Of a stretch of DNA of 35,910 nucleotides, positions 19,373-28,852 are shown one piece after another. Source of the DNA: Wujia sp. (lineage in GTDB: Bacteria; Bacillota; Clostridia; Lachnospirales; Lachnospiraceae); assembly GCA_051879935.1 (NCBI GenBank), contig JBJEMZ010000170.1, positions 1 to 35,910 on the forward strand, read 5' to 3'. The notes under the pieces are model-generated. The model ran no database searches, was not told the origin of the DNA, and saw only the letters and a program-made list of their open reading frames with translations. How positions within the stretch are numbered: the stretch's first letter is position 1; each line of letters begins with the position of its first letter. The position numbers and the translations under genes are program-made.

Positions 19373-19861
19373 TTATTGCTTTTTCTTTTTCTCTGCCCGC
19401 AGTTTCGAAAAAAAGTCTGTCATCATGGATGAACATTCCTCCTGAAGTACCCCTCTTTCGACCTCAACCTGATGATTAAACTGTTTCATTTCCAACAGAT
19501 TCAAAATCGATCCGGCACAGCCGGCCTTCGCATTCATACAGCCGATTACGACCTTCGGAATCCTGGCCTGCACAATCGCGCCCGCACACATTTGACATGG
19601 CTCTAGTGTCACATACATCGTACACCCCTCTAGCCGCCAATCTCCAATTACACGGGATGCCTTCTTTATCGCCATAATCTCTGCATGCGCAAGTGTTGTT
19701 TTATCAATATTTCTCCGGTTATACCCCCGGGCAATTACTTTTCCTTCAAATACAATGATACAGCCAATTGGGACATCGCCGTTTGCCTCTGCTTTTTTTG
19801 CCTGCCTGATGGCCATTTTCATATATCGTTCCTTGTCATCCTTCTCTAACAATTCCTTCAT
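19373..19861 (-). CDS. tadA: tRNA adenosine(34) deaminase
   Basis: HAEIMAI, TLEPCQMC; RBS AGGAGG before ATG 19861. Confidence 0.93.
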   Translation of the reverse strand: MKELLEKDDKERYMKMAIRQAKKAEANGDVPIGCIIVFEGKVIARGYNRRNIDKTTLAHAEIMAIKKASRVIGDWRLEGCTMYVTLEPCQMCAGAIVQARIPKVVIGCMNAKAGCAGSILNLLEMKQFNHQVEVERGVLQEECSSMMTDFFSKLRAEKKKKQ

Positions 19862-19971
19862 ATGTTCCTCCTGTAAACGATGTAACGTCCCCGGTTGCAT
19901 GACTCCCAGACAAAACATCGGTTGTCGCACTCCATAAAATGTATTATAATCTTTTTGCAAAGGAGGCACTT

Positions 19972-20517
19972 ATGGGTCCGCTTGTAAAATATACACAACG
20001 CTTAATACTATGTATCGAAAATGAATCCAAGGCCGACCGGGTATTGGATTTATATCTGCGCAATCGCCTCTCCTTTGAACAGTTTGAACCGACTCGTCCA
20101 AATAACTTTTACACAAAAGAATACCACCGCACATCCCTGCATAGGGAATACATTGCCTATACGATGGGGACGTTTCTTCGATATTACATCTATCTGAAAA
20201 ATAATCCGAAGCGAATTATAGGTGCCATCAACCTTAACATCTTTCGGGATATAAACGGTGCTTACGCTGAAATCGGATATAAGGTTGATGTGCTGCACCA
20301 GAATTCCGGTATTGCCTTTGAAGCATGTGAAACTGCTCTGCAGGTTCTGCGTGACGACTATCACATTTACCGTGTAGATGCACGGATTCATCCGGATAAT
20401 ATCGCCTCAGTGTCTCTTGCAGCAAAACTCGGATTTCGACCGCTCCGTCTCGAGCCGCAAAGCGCCAATGTAATGGGACACTATGTTGATTTAATGCGCT
20501 ACACAAAGGAGCTCTAA
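19972..20517 (+). CDS. GNAT N-acetyltransferase, RimJ/RimL-like
   Basis: AEIGYKV..HQNSGIA, NIASVSLAAKLGF; RBS AGGAGG before ATG 19972. Confidence 0.85.
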   Translation: MGPLVKYTQRLILCIENESKADRVLDLYLRNRLSFEQFEPTRPNNFYTKEYHRTSLHREYIAYTMGTFLRYYIYLKNNPKRIIGAINLNIFRDINGAYAEIGYKVDVLHQNSGIAFEACETALQVLRDDYHIYRVDARIHPDNIASVSLAAKLGFRPLRLEPQSANVMGHYVDLMRYTKEL

Positions 20518-21605
20518 TTTTTTCCGACAATCTCCGAAACCCAGTATCCGAAATTGCCGGTCATAATCTTTGTCTTCTTCACCGGCACAAACACACGAAA
20601 TCCAAACATATTAGCAAGATACCGTTCTTTGTTTGTAAATACTCCCGGCACCCCTATGACATATGCCTCTGACTTATTCATCTTTATTTTTCCAAGCATC
20701 AGATACTGATACTTATAATATCCATGGGATAAAAAGCTGTTGACTCCAAGTTTCCAGTTTGCCATGTCAAGCTTCCCGATATCCTGCGGGACAATCTTCA
20801 CCCCATCCAGAATCTGGCTTCCTGCAAAGAGCGGGAGCTTCGGATATGTAGATAGCATCTCACTGCAGCTGCAGACATCTTTCCCGCTTGCCTCCTCCGA
20901 AAACAAAGGACTTTCTTCCGGAATCTGTATCTGCGGAATCTCAGATGGTTCCTCTTGCATCTGCTGTTCCGACTCGCGCCATTCATCCTCTGATATCGGT
21001 GCCTCTGCTTCCGGTTCGACCGGTTCATTCTCTGACACCGTTTCTTCCGCTTCCACTTCGACCGGTTGTTCCTCTGACACCGGTTCTTCCGCTTCCTGCT
21101 CTGTCAGTTCCTCCTCCGGCATCTGCGCTTCCGGCTCGGTCGGTTCTTCCTCCATCCTCGGCAGTTCCGGTTCAGGAAGGTCAACCGTCATAACCGGTAA
21201 CTTGCTTGGCAGCCGCACCTGTCTTATATCATATTTTTCCGCAACCCACATGCCTGCAAGCTGTTCTCCGTCATCGCACAGAAAAAATATACCCTCATAT
21301 TCCGGAAATGCAACCCCATCTCCAAGCGGGTCATTCCACGGAAGCTCGACGCTTGTCAGAATCGTATCGCGTTCACTTTCCATAAAATGAATCGTCGTAA
21401 ATGGTCTTGCCTGTCCATGTAACAGCAGATATGCCGTACAGACACAAGGATATTCCTTGTACATCTTTAATCCCATTCGTATTCTTGTTACATCCGTGCT
21501 TTTTATATTGATTCTCTGTACTTTTATGAATCCGGCAATCTCACACCGTTCATAATTTCGGTATCTGAAAATATAAGATACCCATCTTCTCTGCTGCATA
21601 CCCAT
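20514..21605 (-). CDS. Clostridial hypothetical protein (DUF6128-like) with acidic Glu/Pro linker
   Basis: C-terminal NSFLSHGYYKY..IGVPG..MFGF..FGYW; central E/P-rich repeats. Confidence 0.7.
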   Translation of the reverse strand: MGMQQRRWVSYIFRYRNYERCEIAGFIKVQRINIKSTDVTRIRMGLKMYKEYPCVCTAYLLLHGQARPFTTIHFMESERDTILTSVELPWNDPLGDGVAFPEYEGIFFLCDDGEQLAGMWVAEKYDIRQVRLPSKLPVMTVDLPEPELPRMEEEPTEPEAQMPEEELTEQEAEEPVSEEQPVEVEAEETVSENEPVEPEAEAPISEDEWRESEQQMQEEPSEIPQIQIPEESPLFSEEASGKDVCSCSEMLSTYPKLPLFAGSQILDGVKIVPQDIGKLDMANWKLGVNSFLSHGYYKYQYLMLGKIKMNKSEAYVIGVPGVFTNKERYLANMFGFRVFVPVKKTKIMTGNFGYWVSEIVGKN

Positions 21606-21693
21606 TTACGTTCCCCCTTCATACATATAATAAATGCGTTTATTATATGTGTATGCAGGGTGGTTCCCATTTAGTATGCAATTTGCTCGACGA

Positions 21694-22542
21694 TTATTTA
21701 CATAAAATATCAGAAAGCTGCGCAAACTGGTCGAGTGAGAGTGTCTCTCCGCGGACGGTCTCCGAAAGCCCCATCTCCCTCAATGCTTCTACAACCGCAT
21801 CCTTACTAATCGAAAGCTCCGCAGAGTTATGAATTCCATTTTGCAACGTTTTCCTGCGCTGGTTAAAGGATGCTCGAATCAGACGAAACATAAACGCTTC
21901 ATCCTGAACCGAAACCGGCGGTGTAGCATACCGTGTCAAGCGGATCACTGCAGATGCCACATTCGGCCGCGGCATGAAACAGTTCGGCGGTACATTTGCC
22001 ACAATATACGGCTCAGCATAATACTGAACGGCAAGGGAAAGCGCCCCGTATTCTTTTCCACCGGGACGTGCCTGCATGCGCTCCGCAACCTCCTTTTGAA
22101 CCATAACCGTAATGGAAGTCGCCGGAATATGATGTTCAAACAATCCCATAATAATCGGCGTCGTGATGTAATACGGAAGATTTGCCACCACCTTCACCGG
22201 TTTTCCTTCTGTCAGGGCTGCTATATCTACCTTCAATATGTCCTCATTCACAACCGTTACATTGTCATAATCCGCGAGCGTTTCCGCAAGAATCGGCAAC
22301 AGATTGCGGTCTATCTCCACCGCATAGACTTTCCCGGCAGCTTCCGCAAGATACTGTGTCATCGTCCCGATTCCCGGTCCGATTTCGAGCACGATATCAT
22401 CTTTTGTAATATCCGCCGCACGAATGATTTTCTCAATGACATGTCCGTCAATCAGAAAATTCTGTCCAAATCTTTTCTGAAATGCAAAATTATATTTTTG
22501 GATAATCTCAATTGTCACCTTTGGATTACTGAGTTTTTCCAT
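21694..22542 (-). CDS. rsmA: 16S rRNA adenine dimethyltransferase
   Basis: KRFGQNFL, EIGPGIG, ANLPYYIT, FNQRRKTL. Confidence 0.96.
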   Translation of the reverse strand: MEKLSNPKVTIEIIQKYNFAFQKRFGQNFLIDGHVIEKIIRAADITKDDIVLEIGPGIGTMTQYLAEAAGKVYAVEIDRNLLPILAETLADYDNVTVVNEDILKVDIAALTEGKPVKVVANLPYYITTPIIMGLFEHHIPATSITVMVQKEVAERMQARPGGKEYGALSLAVQYYAEPYIVANVPPNCFMPRPNVASAVIRLTRYATPPVSVQDEAFMFRLIRASFNQRRKTLQNGIHNSAELSISKDAVVEALREMGLSETVRGETLSLDQFAQLSDILCK

Positions 22543-22567
22543 CCCGCTTTCCTTTCTTTACAAATAA

Positions 22568-23353
22568 TCAAATCCTGGGAATCCGATAGAGCCTATGTGC
22601 ATTATCCCAGGTTGCCTCATATACTTTCTCCACCGGAATCTGTTTAATCTGTGCGATTGCTTCTGCCACATACGACAAATAAGAAGATTCATTCCTTCTT
22701 CCGCGAAACGGCTCCGGTGCAAGATATGGCGCATCGGTTTCTAACACTATATGGTCAAGCGGTATGTATTCCACAGCCTCTTTTAACTTTTTCGAATTTT
22801 TAAATGTGAGTACCCCGCCGATTCCGAAAAAGAAATCCATATCCAAAAATTCCCGGGCACTCTCCTTTGTATAGGAATAACAATGTATGACTCCGCCGAT
22901 TTCTTCCGCATGACTTTCCCGCATCTGTGTGATTGTATCCCGTGCTGCATCCCGGCTGTGAATGACAATCGGAAGGGAAAGCTCCCTTGCAAGCTCCATC
23001 TGGGAGGCAAACCATGTCTGCTGTAACTGCTTATCTGTATCATCATAATGATAGTCCAGACCGATTTCCCCAATGGCGACGATTTTTTCCGAAGCCCCTG
23101 CAAGCTCCTTTAACCGCGTGAACACGGGAGTCATATCCAGTCCGCCTGTCGATGTCGGATATATGCCAATGACACCGTACAGCATCTCATAATTTTGTAC
23201 CATTTTTAATACTTCTTCCGAGGATGGTATATCGGTCGCTATATTTACGATTTTCTTTACTCCCTGTTTTGAAAAATCTGCAAACAGACTATCTCTGTCG
23301 GCATCAAACACCTCATCATCATAATGTGCATGTGTATCAAATATCCGAATCAT
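22568..23353 (-). CDS. tatD: TatD family hydrolase
   Basis: DTHAH, IGEIGLDY, HSRDA, HCYS, ETDAPYL. Confidence 0.93.
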   Translation of the reverse strand: MIRIFDTHAHYDDEVFDADRDSLFADFSKQGVKKIVNIATDIPSSEEVLKMVQNYEMLYGVIGIYPTSTGGLDMTPVFTRLKELAGASEKIVAIGEIGLDYHYDDTDKQLQQTWFASQMELARELSLPIVIHSRDAARDTITQMRESHAEEIGGVIHCYSYTKESAREFLDMDFFFGIGGVLTFKNSKKLKEAVEYIPLDHIVLETDAPYLAPEPFRGRRNESSYLSYVAEAIAQIKQIPVEKVYEATWDNAHRLYRIPRI

Positions 23354-23518
23354 AGCTGATTATCCTTCCTACGCATTTTGACCTAAATTTACCGATATTA
23401 TTTTACCTTACCATTTTGTTTCATGCAATCGAAAAATATTTCATGCGACTATTGAAATATAAAGAGAAATTCGTTAAAATATCATTAGGTATCTGTACGT
23501 TAAAGGAGGACTCTCAGT

Positions 23519-24112
23519 ATGACAATAAAAGACTATCTTGACATGAATGCTCTGGATAACATTTTAGAGCACTGGGCAGCAGCGACAAACATGATTGCTG
23601 TTGTATTAGATGACGAAGGGAACTTTCTCTCAAATAAGCTGGGCTTTTCCAGAGATAACATAGAAGCCTTCGGCGAAAGTATCGAAGTGGATGATGTAGA
23701 AGTGGCAACCGTTGTCGGCGGACCGCTGGATGAGGAAGAAGATGAAGATAAGGTTGAAGCTGCAGCTGCAATACTTGTAGCTGCTATCCAGAATCTATTG
23801 GAGGCAGGCTATCGCAAAAAGCAGTATGAGGAAGTTATCGCATCCTTCAATGAAGAGATTGATGGTGCAGCTTCACTGATTAAGGAGCTTGCTTCAAAAT
23901 CACAGGGCTTAAAGAAGATCGAGAATAAGCAGAATATCCTGGCACTGAATGCCTCCATTGAAGCTGCCCGTGCCGGAGAAGCAGGACGTGGCTTTACGGT
24001 TGTTGCACATGAATTCGGAAAGATGGCACATGAATCCGGTGTCATCAATGATTCGATCCAGAAAACACTGCAGAAACTTGATTCCTCAATCAAGAACTTT
24101 GAAGTAGAGTAA
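23519..24112 (+). CDS. Small soluble chemoreceptor-like protein (PocR-like N-terminus plus minimal MCP signalling domain)
   Basis: [27 protein letters not shown] hairpin tip; no transmembrane helix; RBS AAAGGAGG. Confidence 0.85.
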   Translation: MTIKDYLDMNALDNILEHWAAATNMIAVVLDDEGNFLSNKLGFSRDNIEAFGESIEVDDVEVATVVGGPLDEEEDEDKVEAAAAILVAAIQNLLEAGYRKKQYEEVIASFNEEIDGAASLIKELASKSQGLKKIENKQNILALNASIEAARAGEAGRGFTVVAHEFGKMAHESGVINDSIQKTLQKLDSSIKNFEVE

Positions 24113-24138
24113 ACACCCGGGAGGAAAGGATCGGAGGA

Positions 24139-24156
24139 TGTGAAAACTTTTTCACA
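24139..24156. promoter_or_regulatory. Palindromic operator-like site
   Basis: TGTGAAAA-CT-TTTTCACA. Confidence 0.45.
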
Positions 24157-24199
24157 ATTAAAACATATTTTAGACACATTTAATTGTTATAGTATGCAT

Positions 24200-24294
24200 T
24201 GTAAGAGCTTTTCATATATTTGAATCCTCTCTCCCCTCAAACAAGTGGCGAATGAATTCCCTCCCCGGTTTTTCTCGCCACTTGTTTTTATTTT
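24200..24294 (+). ncRNA. Candidate small RNA with C-rich motifs, ending in an intrinsic terminator
   Basis: Extended -10 TGtTATAGT (24185-24193); TCCTCTCTCCCCTC; 13-bp stem AAACAAGTGGCGA/TCGCCACTTGTTT with TTCCCTCCCC in the loop; T-run. Confidence 0.45.
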
Positions 24295-24304
24295 ATAAAT
24301 TGGG

Positions 24305-24603
24305 GGTAATTGTACCCCGTTAATATTTCAATAAACATATATTTTGATTTCAATTCATAAATATCCGATGCATGAAAACTAAGAAGTTCTAAATATTCTG
24401 ATAAAAGATATTGGTAACGAACGCAACCGACGCCAATTCGCCATCCATGGCTCAATGGCGTCTTGTTTGAACGTCCTGTTCAAACATTGCTGAGATACAA
24501 CAGAATATTAAGAACTTCTAAGATTTCAGCATATGTCTATTTATGAACAGAAATCAAAATATATAAACAATTGAAGCAGAATCAAAAACGGGGTACAATT
24601 ACC
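24305..24603. repeat. 299-bp fold-back (long imperfect palindrome), MITE/ERIC-like
   Basis: 17-bp perfect terminal IR GGTAATTGTACCCCGTT/AACGGGGTACAATTACC plus nested paired blocks. Confidence 0.85.
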
Positions 24604-24640
24604 TACATACAATTATAAATATAAAAACAGGAGGAAAGAC

Positions 24641-25828
24641 ATGATTAATGAATATTACAAGGAAATGACAGGGAAGGGTTCTGTCATCCGTCAGTTTTTT
24701 ACATATGCCAATCAGAAGGCTGCAGAAATCGGAAAAGAAAACATCTACAATTTCTCGATTGGAAACCCATCGGTACCTGTGCCTCAGGCATTCACGGACC
24801 GGATGATTGAATTGCTTCAAAATGAAAACCCGGTTGCATTGCACGGCTACAGCCCGTCTCTCGGACTTGATGAGACAAGATCTGCCGTTGCAGCTTCCCT
24901 AAACCGCCGCTTCAACATGAACTACGGTCCGGAACATATATTTATGACAAGTGCGGCCGCAAGCGCCATTGCCCATGCTGTTCGGTGTGTAGTAAAAGAA
25001 GGGGATGAAGTAATTACATTTGCACCGTACTTCCCGGAATATGTTCCTTATATCGAGGGCGCAGGAGCAAAGCTTACGGTTGTGCCGGCTGATATTGAAA
25101 GCTTTCAGATTAACTTCGAGGAGTTTGAGAAGGCATTGAACCCGAAGGTTCAGGCTGTCTTAATCAATTCCCCAAACAACCCGTCCGGCATTGTGTATTC
25201 CTCGGATACGATCCGACGTCTTGCAGAGACACTTCGAAAAAAGCAGGTAGAGTACGGACACGATATCTACCTGATTTCCGACGAACCATACCGTGAGATT
25301 GTATTTGCAGGTGTCGACGCACCATTTATCTCAAGCTTTTATGAGAATACGATATGCTGTTATTCCTTCAGCAAATCCGTCTCTCTTCCTGGAGAACGTA
25401 TCGGCTATATGGCAGTGAATCCGGCTTGTAAGGACGCAGAGCTCCTCGTACTTATGGCAGGACAGATATCTCGTTTTACCGGTCACAACTGCCCGCCGTC
25501 TATCATTCAGATGGCTGTCGAAGCTGTACTTGACCAGACAAGCGACCTATCAATATACGAAACAAATAAAAATATTTTATATAAAGAGCTGACACGTATC
25601 GGTTATCACATCGTGGAACCGGGTGGAACCTTTTATATGTTCCCACGCGCACTCTCGGATGACGCAAATGAATTTTGCTGGCGTGCCGCAAAGGAGCTGA
25701 ACCTCATTATTGTTCCGGGAGACAGCTTCTGTTGTCCGGGACATTTCCGCATCTCCTACTGCGTGACCACCGATATGGTGGAGCGTTCCATACCGTTGTT
25801 TGAAAAACTGTATCAAATGTACAAATAA
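24641..25828 (+). CDS. PLP-dependent class I/II aminotransferase (aspartate aminotransferase-like)
   Basis: NSPNNPSG, SDEPY, SFSKSVSLPGERIG. Confidence 0.92.
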   Translation: MINEYYKEMTGKGSVIRQFFTYANQKAAEIGKENIYNFSIGNPSVPVPQAFTDRMIELLQNENPVALHGYSPSLGLDETRSAVAASLNRRFNMNYGPEHIFMTSAAASAIAHAVRCVVKEGDEVITFAPYFPEYVPYIEGAGAKLTVVPADIESFQINFEEFEKALNPKVQAVLINSPNNPSGIVYSSDTIRRLAETLRKKQVEYGHDIYLISDEPYREIVFAGVDAPFISSFYENTICCYSFSKSVSLPGERIGYMAVNPACKDAELLVLMAGQISRFTGHNCPPSIIQMAVEAVLDQTSDLSIYETNKNILYKELTRIGYHIVEPGGTFYMFPRALSDDANEFCWRAAKELNLIIVPGDSFCCPGHFRISYCVTTDMVERSIPLFEKLYQMYK

Positions 25829-25832
25829 ACAT

Positions 25833-25875
25833 ACAAGGATCAGTCGGAACATATCCCGGCTGACCCTTGTTTTTT
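25833..25875 (+). terminator. Intrinsic terminator
   Basis: ACAAGGATCAGTCGG...CCGGCTGACCCTTGT followed by a T-run. Confidence 0.7.
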
Positions 25876-25946
25876 ATATCTATTTTATGTATAATGAAAA
25901 ACAGTGTTTAATTGCGACAAACAAGCAACAGGAGGATACATAGATT

Positions 25947-27479
25947 ATGGCAGAAGCAACAGGCACGAATAAGAAACCAAAGAAATACACCGGTATCTTA
26001 TTACATCCGACTTCCTTTCCGGGGCCCTACGGAATCGGGGAGCTTGGAGATTATGCCTACAAATTCATTGATTTTTTGGAAGAATCCGGTTTAAATACAT
26101 GGCAGGTTCTCCCACTTGGGCATACAGGATTTGGTGACTCTCCTTACCAGCCGTTTTCTGCATTTGCAGGACAGCCTTTGATTATCAGTTTAGAACACTT
26201 AAAGAAGCTTCATCTGCTTGACGTAAAGGACTTTGAGGATATGCCTGCATGGAATGCGGAACAGGTAAATTACGGTGAATTGATAGATTTCAAAACAAAG
26301 CTGCTAAAACTCGCATACAAACGTTTTTCTGATCCGGATATCCAGGACGGCATTCATTCGGATGAAGATATGCAAACTGCATATGATACATTTTGTAAAC
26401 AGAATGTATGGCTGGAGGATTATGCACTTTTTATGGCAGGCAAGGACCACCATGACGGATTGCCTTGGTACATGTGGGAAGACAATCTGAAACAGCCAAC
26501 ACCAAAACAAAGGAAGTCCTGGATAAAGAAGCTGGAAGTTGAAATGGGCTATTACAAATTTATTCAGTTCCTGTTCTACTATGAATGGACTTCATTAAAA
26601 CAATATGCAAATGAAAAAGGAATCTCCATTGTTGGCGATATTCCGATTTTTATGGCTTGGGACAGCGTGGATGTCTGGGCAAATCAAGATTTATTCCAGT
26701 TGGATTCCAAAGGATATCCGACTGTAGTGGCCGGTGTTCCGCCGGACTATTTCTCTGCAACCGGTCAGCTGTGGGGAAACCCGCTGTACAATTGGAAGAA
26801 ACATACCGAAACCGGATATGAGTGGTGGCTCAACCGAATTCGTTACCAGCTCACACTCTGCGACTTTTTAAGAATCGACCACTTCCGCGGTTTCGACAAA
26901 TACTGGGCAATCCCTTATGGTGAAGAAACTGCAATGAACGGCGAGTGGGTGGAAGCTCCGGGTGTCAATTTCTTTACACACTTGGAAGCAACACTGGGCT
27001 ACCATCTTCCGATTATCGCAGAAGACCTCGGAGAGATTGATGATTCGGTTGTTGAACTGCGAGACAAATTTGGTCTGCCTGGCATGAAGGTATTGCAATT
27101 TGCATTTGAAAATCCGGAGGAAAACGATTTTCTTCCACACAACTTTGTACGAAACTGCGTATGCTACACAGGTACTCACGATAACGACACGACTCTTGGC
27201 TGGTACAACCATGCATATGAAGCTTCCAAAGATAAATTGCGTCGATATTTTTCCACAGATGGATATGACATTTGCTGGATAATGATTCGCGCATGCTTTG
27301 GTTCTGTTGCCAACATGGCAATTGTTCCGATGCAGGATGTGCTTTGTCTGGATTCCTGGGCGCGTATGAACACACCGGGTGTTGCAGAAGGAAACTGGGC
27401 TTGGCGCTATAAGCAGGAAGCATTGACACCTGCACTTGCGGCAAGACTTTATGAAACCTGTAAAATGTTTGGACGATAG
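25947..27479 (+). CDS. malQ: 4-alpha-glucanotransferase (amylomaltase, GH77)
   Basis: GILLHPTS, WQVLPL, GVPPDYFS, RIDHFRG, AEDLG, TGTHDN. Confidence 0.96.
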   Translation: MAEATGTNKKPKKYTGILLHPTSFPGPYGIGELGDYAYKFIDFLEESGLNTWQVLPLGHTGFGDSPYQPFSAFAGQPLIISLEHLKKLHLLDVKDFEDMPAWNAEQVNYGELIDFKTKLLKLAYKRFSDPDIQDGIHSDEDMQTAYDTFCKQNVWLEDYALFMAGKDHHDGLPWYMWEDNLKQPTPKQRKSWIKKLEVEMGYYKFIQFLFYYEWTSLKQYANEKGISIVGDIPIFMAWDSVDVWANQDLFQLDSKGYPTVVAGVPPDYFSATGQLWGNPLYNWKKHTETGYEWWLNRIRYQLTLCDFLRIDHFRGFDKYWAIPYGEETAMNGEWVEAPGVNFFTHLEATLGYHLPIIAEDLGEIDDSVVELRDKFGLPGMKVLQFAFENPEENDFLPHNFVRNCVCYTGTHDNDTTLGWYNHAYEASKDKLRRYFSTDGYDICWIMIRACFGSVANMAIVPMQDVLCLDSWARMNTPGVAEGNWAWRYKQEALTPALAARLYETCKMFGR

Positions 27480-27503
27480 GTTCTAAAAAAGAAAGGTGTA
27501 TAT

Positions 27504-28235
27504 ATGAAAACATTAGGTGTAGGAATCGTGCTGATGGTGGCGTTGTTTTTCTGCCTGCCTTACCATCTGTACATGAAATCCCTGGCGAAGAAAAATCCGG
27601 AGAAATCCTGGAATAAAGCCAGAAAATTCGTATCCGGTTTTTTCCGGACCGAACTGAAGATAGCCGGCTGTAAAGTGACGGTTCTCGGTGAAGAAAATAT
27701 ACCGAAGGATGGTCCTGCGCTATTTGTCGGCAATCACCGAAGTTATTTTGACATTCTGGTTTACCATGAAGCAATCGGTAAACCACTTGGTTTCCTCGCC
27801 AAAAAGGAGATGGAAAAAATCCCACTCCTGCCACTTTATATGCGGGATATCGGATGCCTGTTTCTTGATCGTGATGACATCAAACAGGGACTTTCCATTA
27901 TCAAGCAGGGAACCGAATATATGAAGCTCGGGCACTCCATGGTTGTATTTCCGGAGGGAACGCGTAACCAGTCTGAAGAGCTGCTGCCGTTCCGTGAGGG
28001 TGGCTACAAGATGGCAGAGAAATCCAAATCGCCGCTTGTTCCGGTTGCCATCTCCGGCACGGATCTGCTGCTCGAGTCAGCACCAAAGAAATTCATCCGC
28101 GGGCATAAGGTCATCATCGAATTCGGAAAACCAATCTATCCGGCAGAGATTCCGCCGAAGGAGCGAAAGGCCGCCTATGATGCAATTCCGGATCTGATTC
28201 AGACGATGCGCGAGGAACACAAAAAGAACATTTAA
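27504..28235 (+). CDS. plsC: 1-acyl-sn-glycerol-3-phosphate acyltransferase
   Basis: NHRSYFD, FPEGTR. Confidence 0.9.
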   Translation: MKTLGVGIVLMVALFFCLPYHLYMKSLAKKNPEKSWNKARKFVSGFFRTELKIAGCKVTVLGEENIPKDGPALFVGNHRSYFDILVYHEAIGKPLGFLAKKEMEKIPLLPLYMRDIGCLFLDRDDIKQGLSIIKQGTEYMKLGHSMVVFPEGTRNQSEELLPFREGGYKMAEKSKSPLVPVAISGTDLLLESAPKKFIRGHKVIIEFGKPIYPAEIPPKERKAAYDAIPDLIQTMREEHKKNI

Positions 28236-28255
28236 TTAGAGGAGGATTTTAGAAC

Positions 28256-28852
28256 ATGCCTTGGTGGTTAGTTATGCTTATCGTCATTGCAGTAGCACTT
28301 ATCATTATGTTTGTGCTCTACAAGGTTGGCGATAAACTGCAAAAGAAACAAAATGCACAGAGAGAACAGATGGTGGAGGCTGCCCAGCCTATGACCATGC
28401 TCATCATCGACAAGAAGATGCTGCCTTTAAAGGATGCCAATCTGCCGAAGGTTGTCATGGAACAGACACCAAAACGTTATCAGAAGGCTAAGCTTCCAAT
28501 TGCAAAGGTCAAGGTTGGTCCGCAGATTATGAACATGATCTGTGATGATGCCATCTTCGACGAGCTCCCGACAAAGGGTGAAGTAAAGGCGATGGTAAGC
28601 GGTATCTACATCATCAGTGTGAAGAGTGTCCGCGGCAAAAAGGTCAATCAGGAAGAGGAAACCGGTAAGAAGAAGAAAAAGGGAAACTGGCGTACACGTA
28701 TGCGTAAGCGTCAGGTAGAAATGCAAAAACAGTTAAATGATGAGATGCTCGCGCGGGCTAAGAGCAAAGGAAAAGATAAGCCGGTAGAAAAATCAAAAGA
28801 AGAACTAAAACGTGAAAAGGAAAGAGCAAAAAAGATCAAAGATGGAATGTAA
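28256..28852 (+). CDS. Hypothetical membrane-anchored protein with Lys-rich C-terminus
   Basis: N-terminal hydrophobic helix; RBS GAGGAGG; operon spacing. Confidence 0.8.
   Translation: MPWWLVMLIVIAVALIIMFVLYKVGDKLQKKQNAQREQMVEAAQPMTMLIIDKKMLPLKDANLPKVVMEQTPKRYQKAKLPIAKVKVGPQIMNMICDDAIFDELPTKGEVKAMVSGIYIISVKSVRGKKVNQEEETGKKKKKGNWRTRMRKRQVEMQKQLNDEMLARAKSKGKDKPVEKSKEELKREKERAKKIKDGM

Noticed and set aside
24139-24156. Rex or CRP box
   Set aside because: Spacing is TGTGA-N8-TCACA rather than N6, so the regulator is left unassigned
27013-27834. 273-aa minus-strand ORF
   Set aside because: Antisense to malQ and plsC, with no motif support
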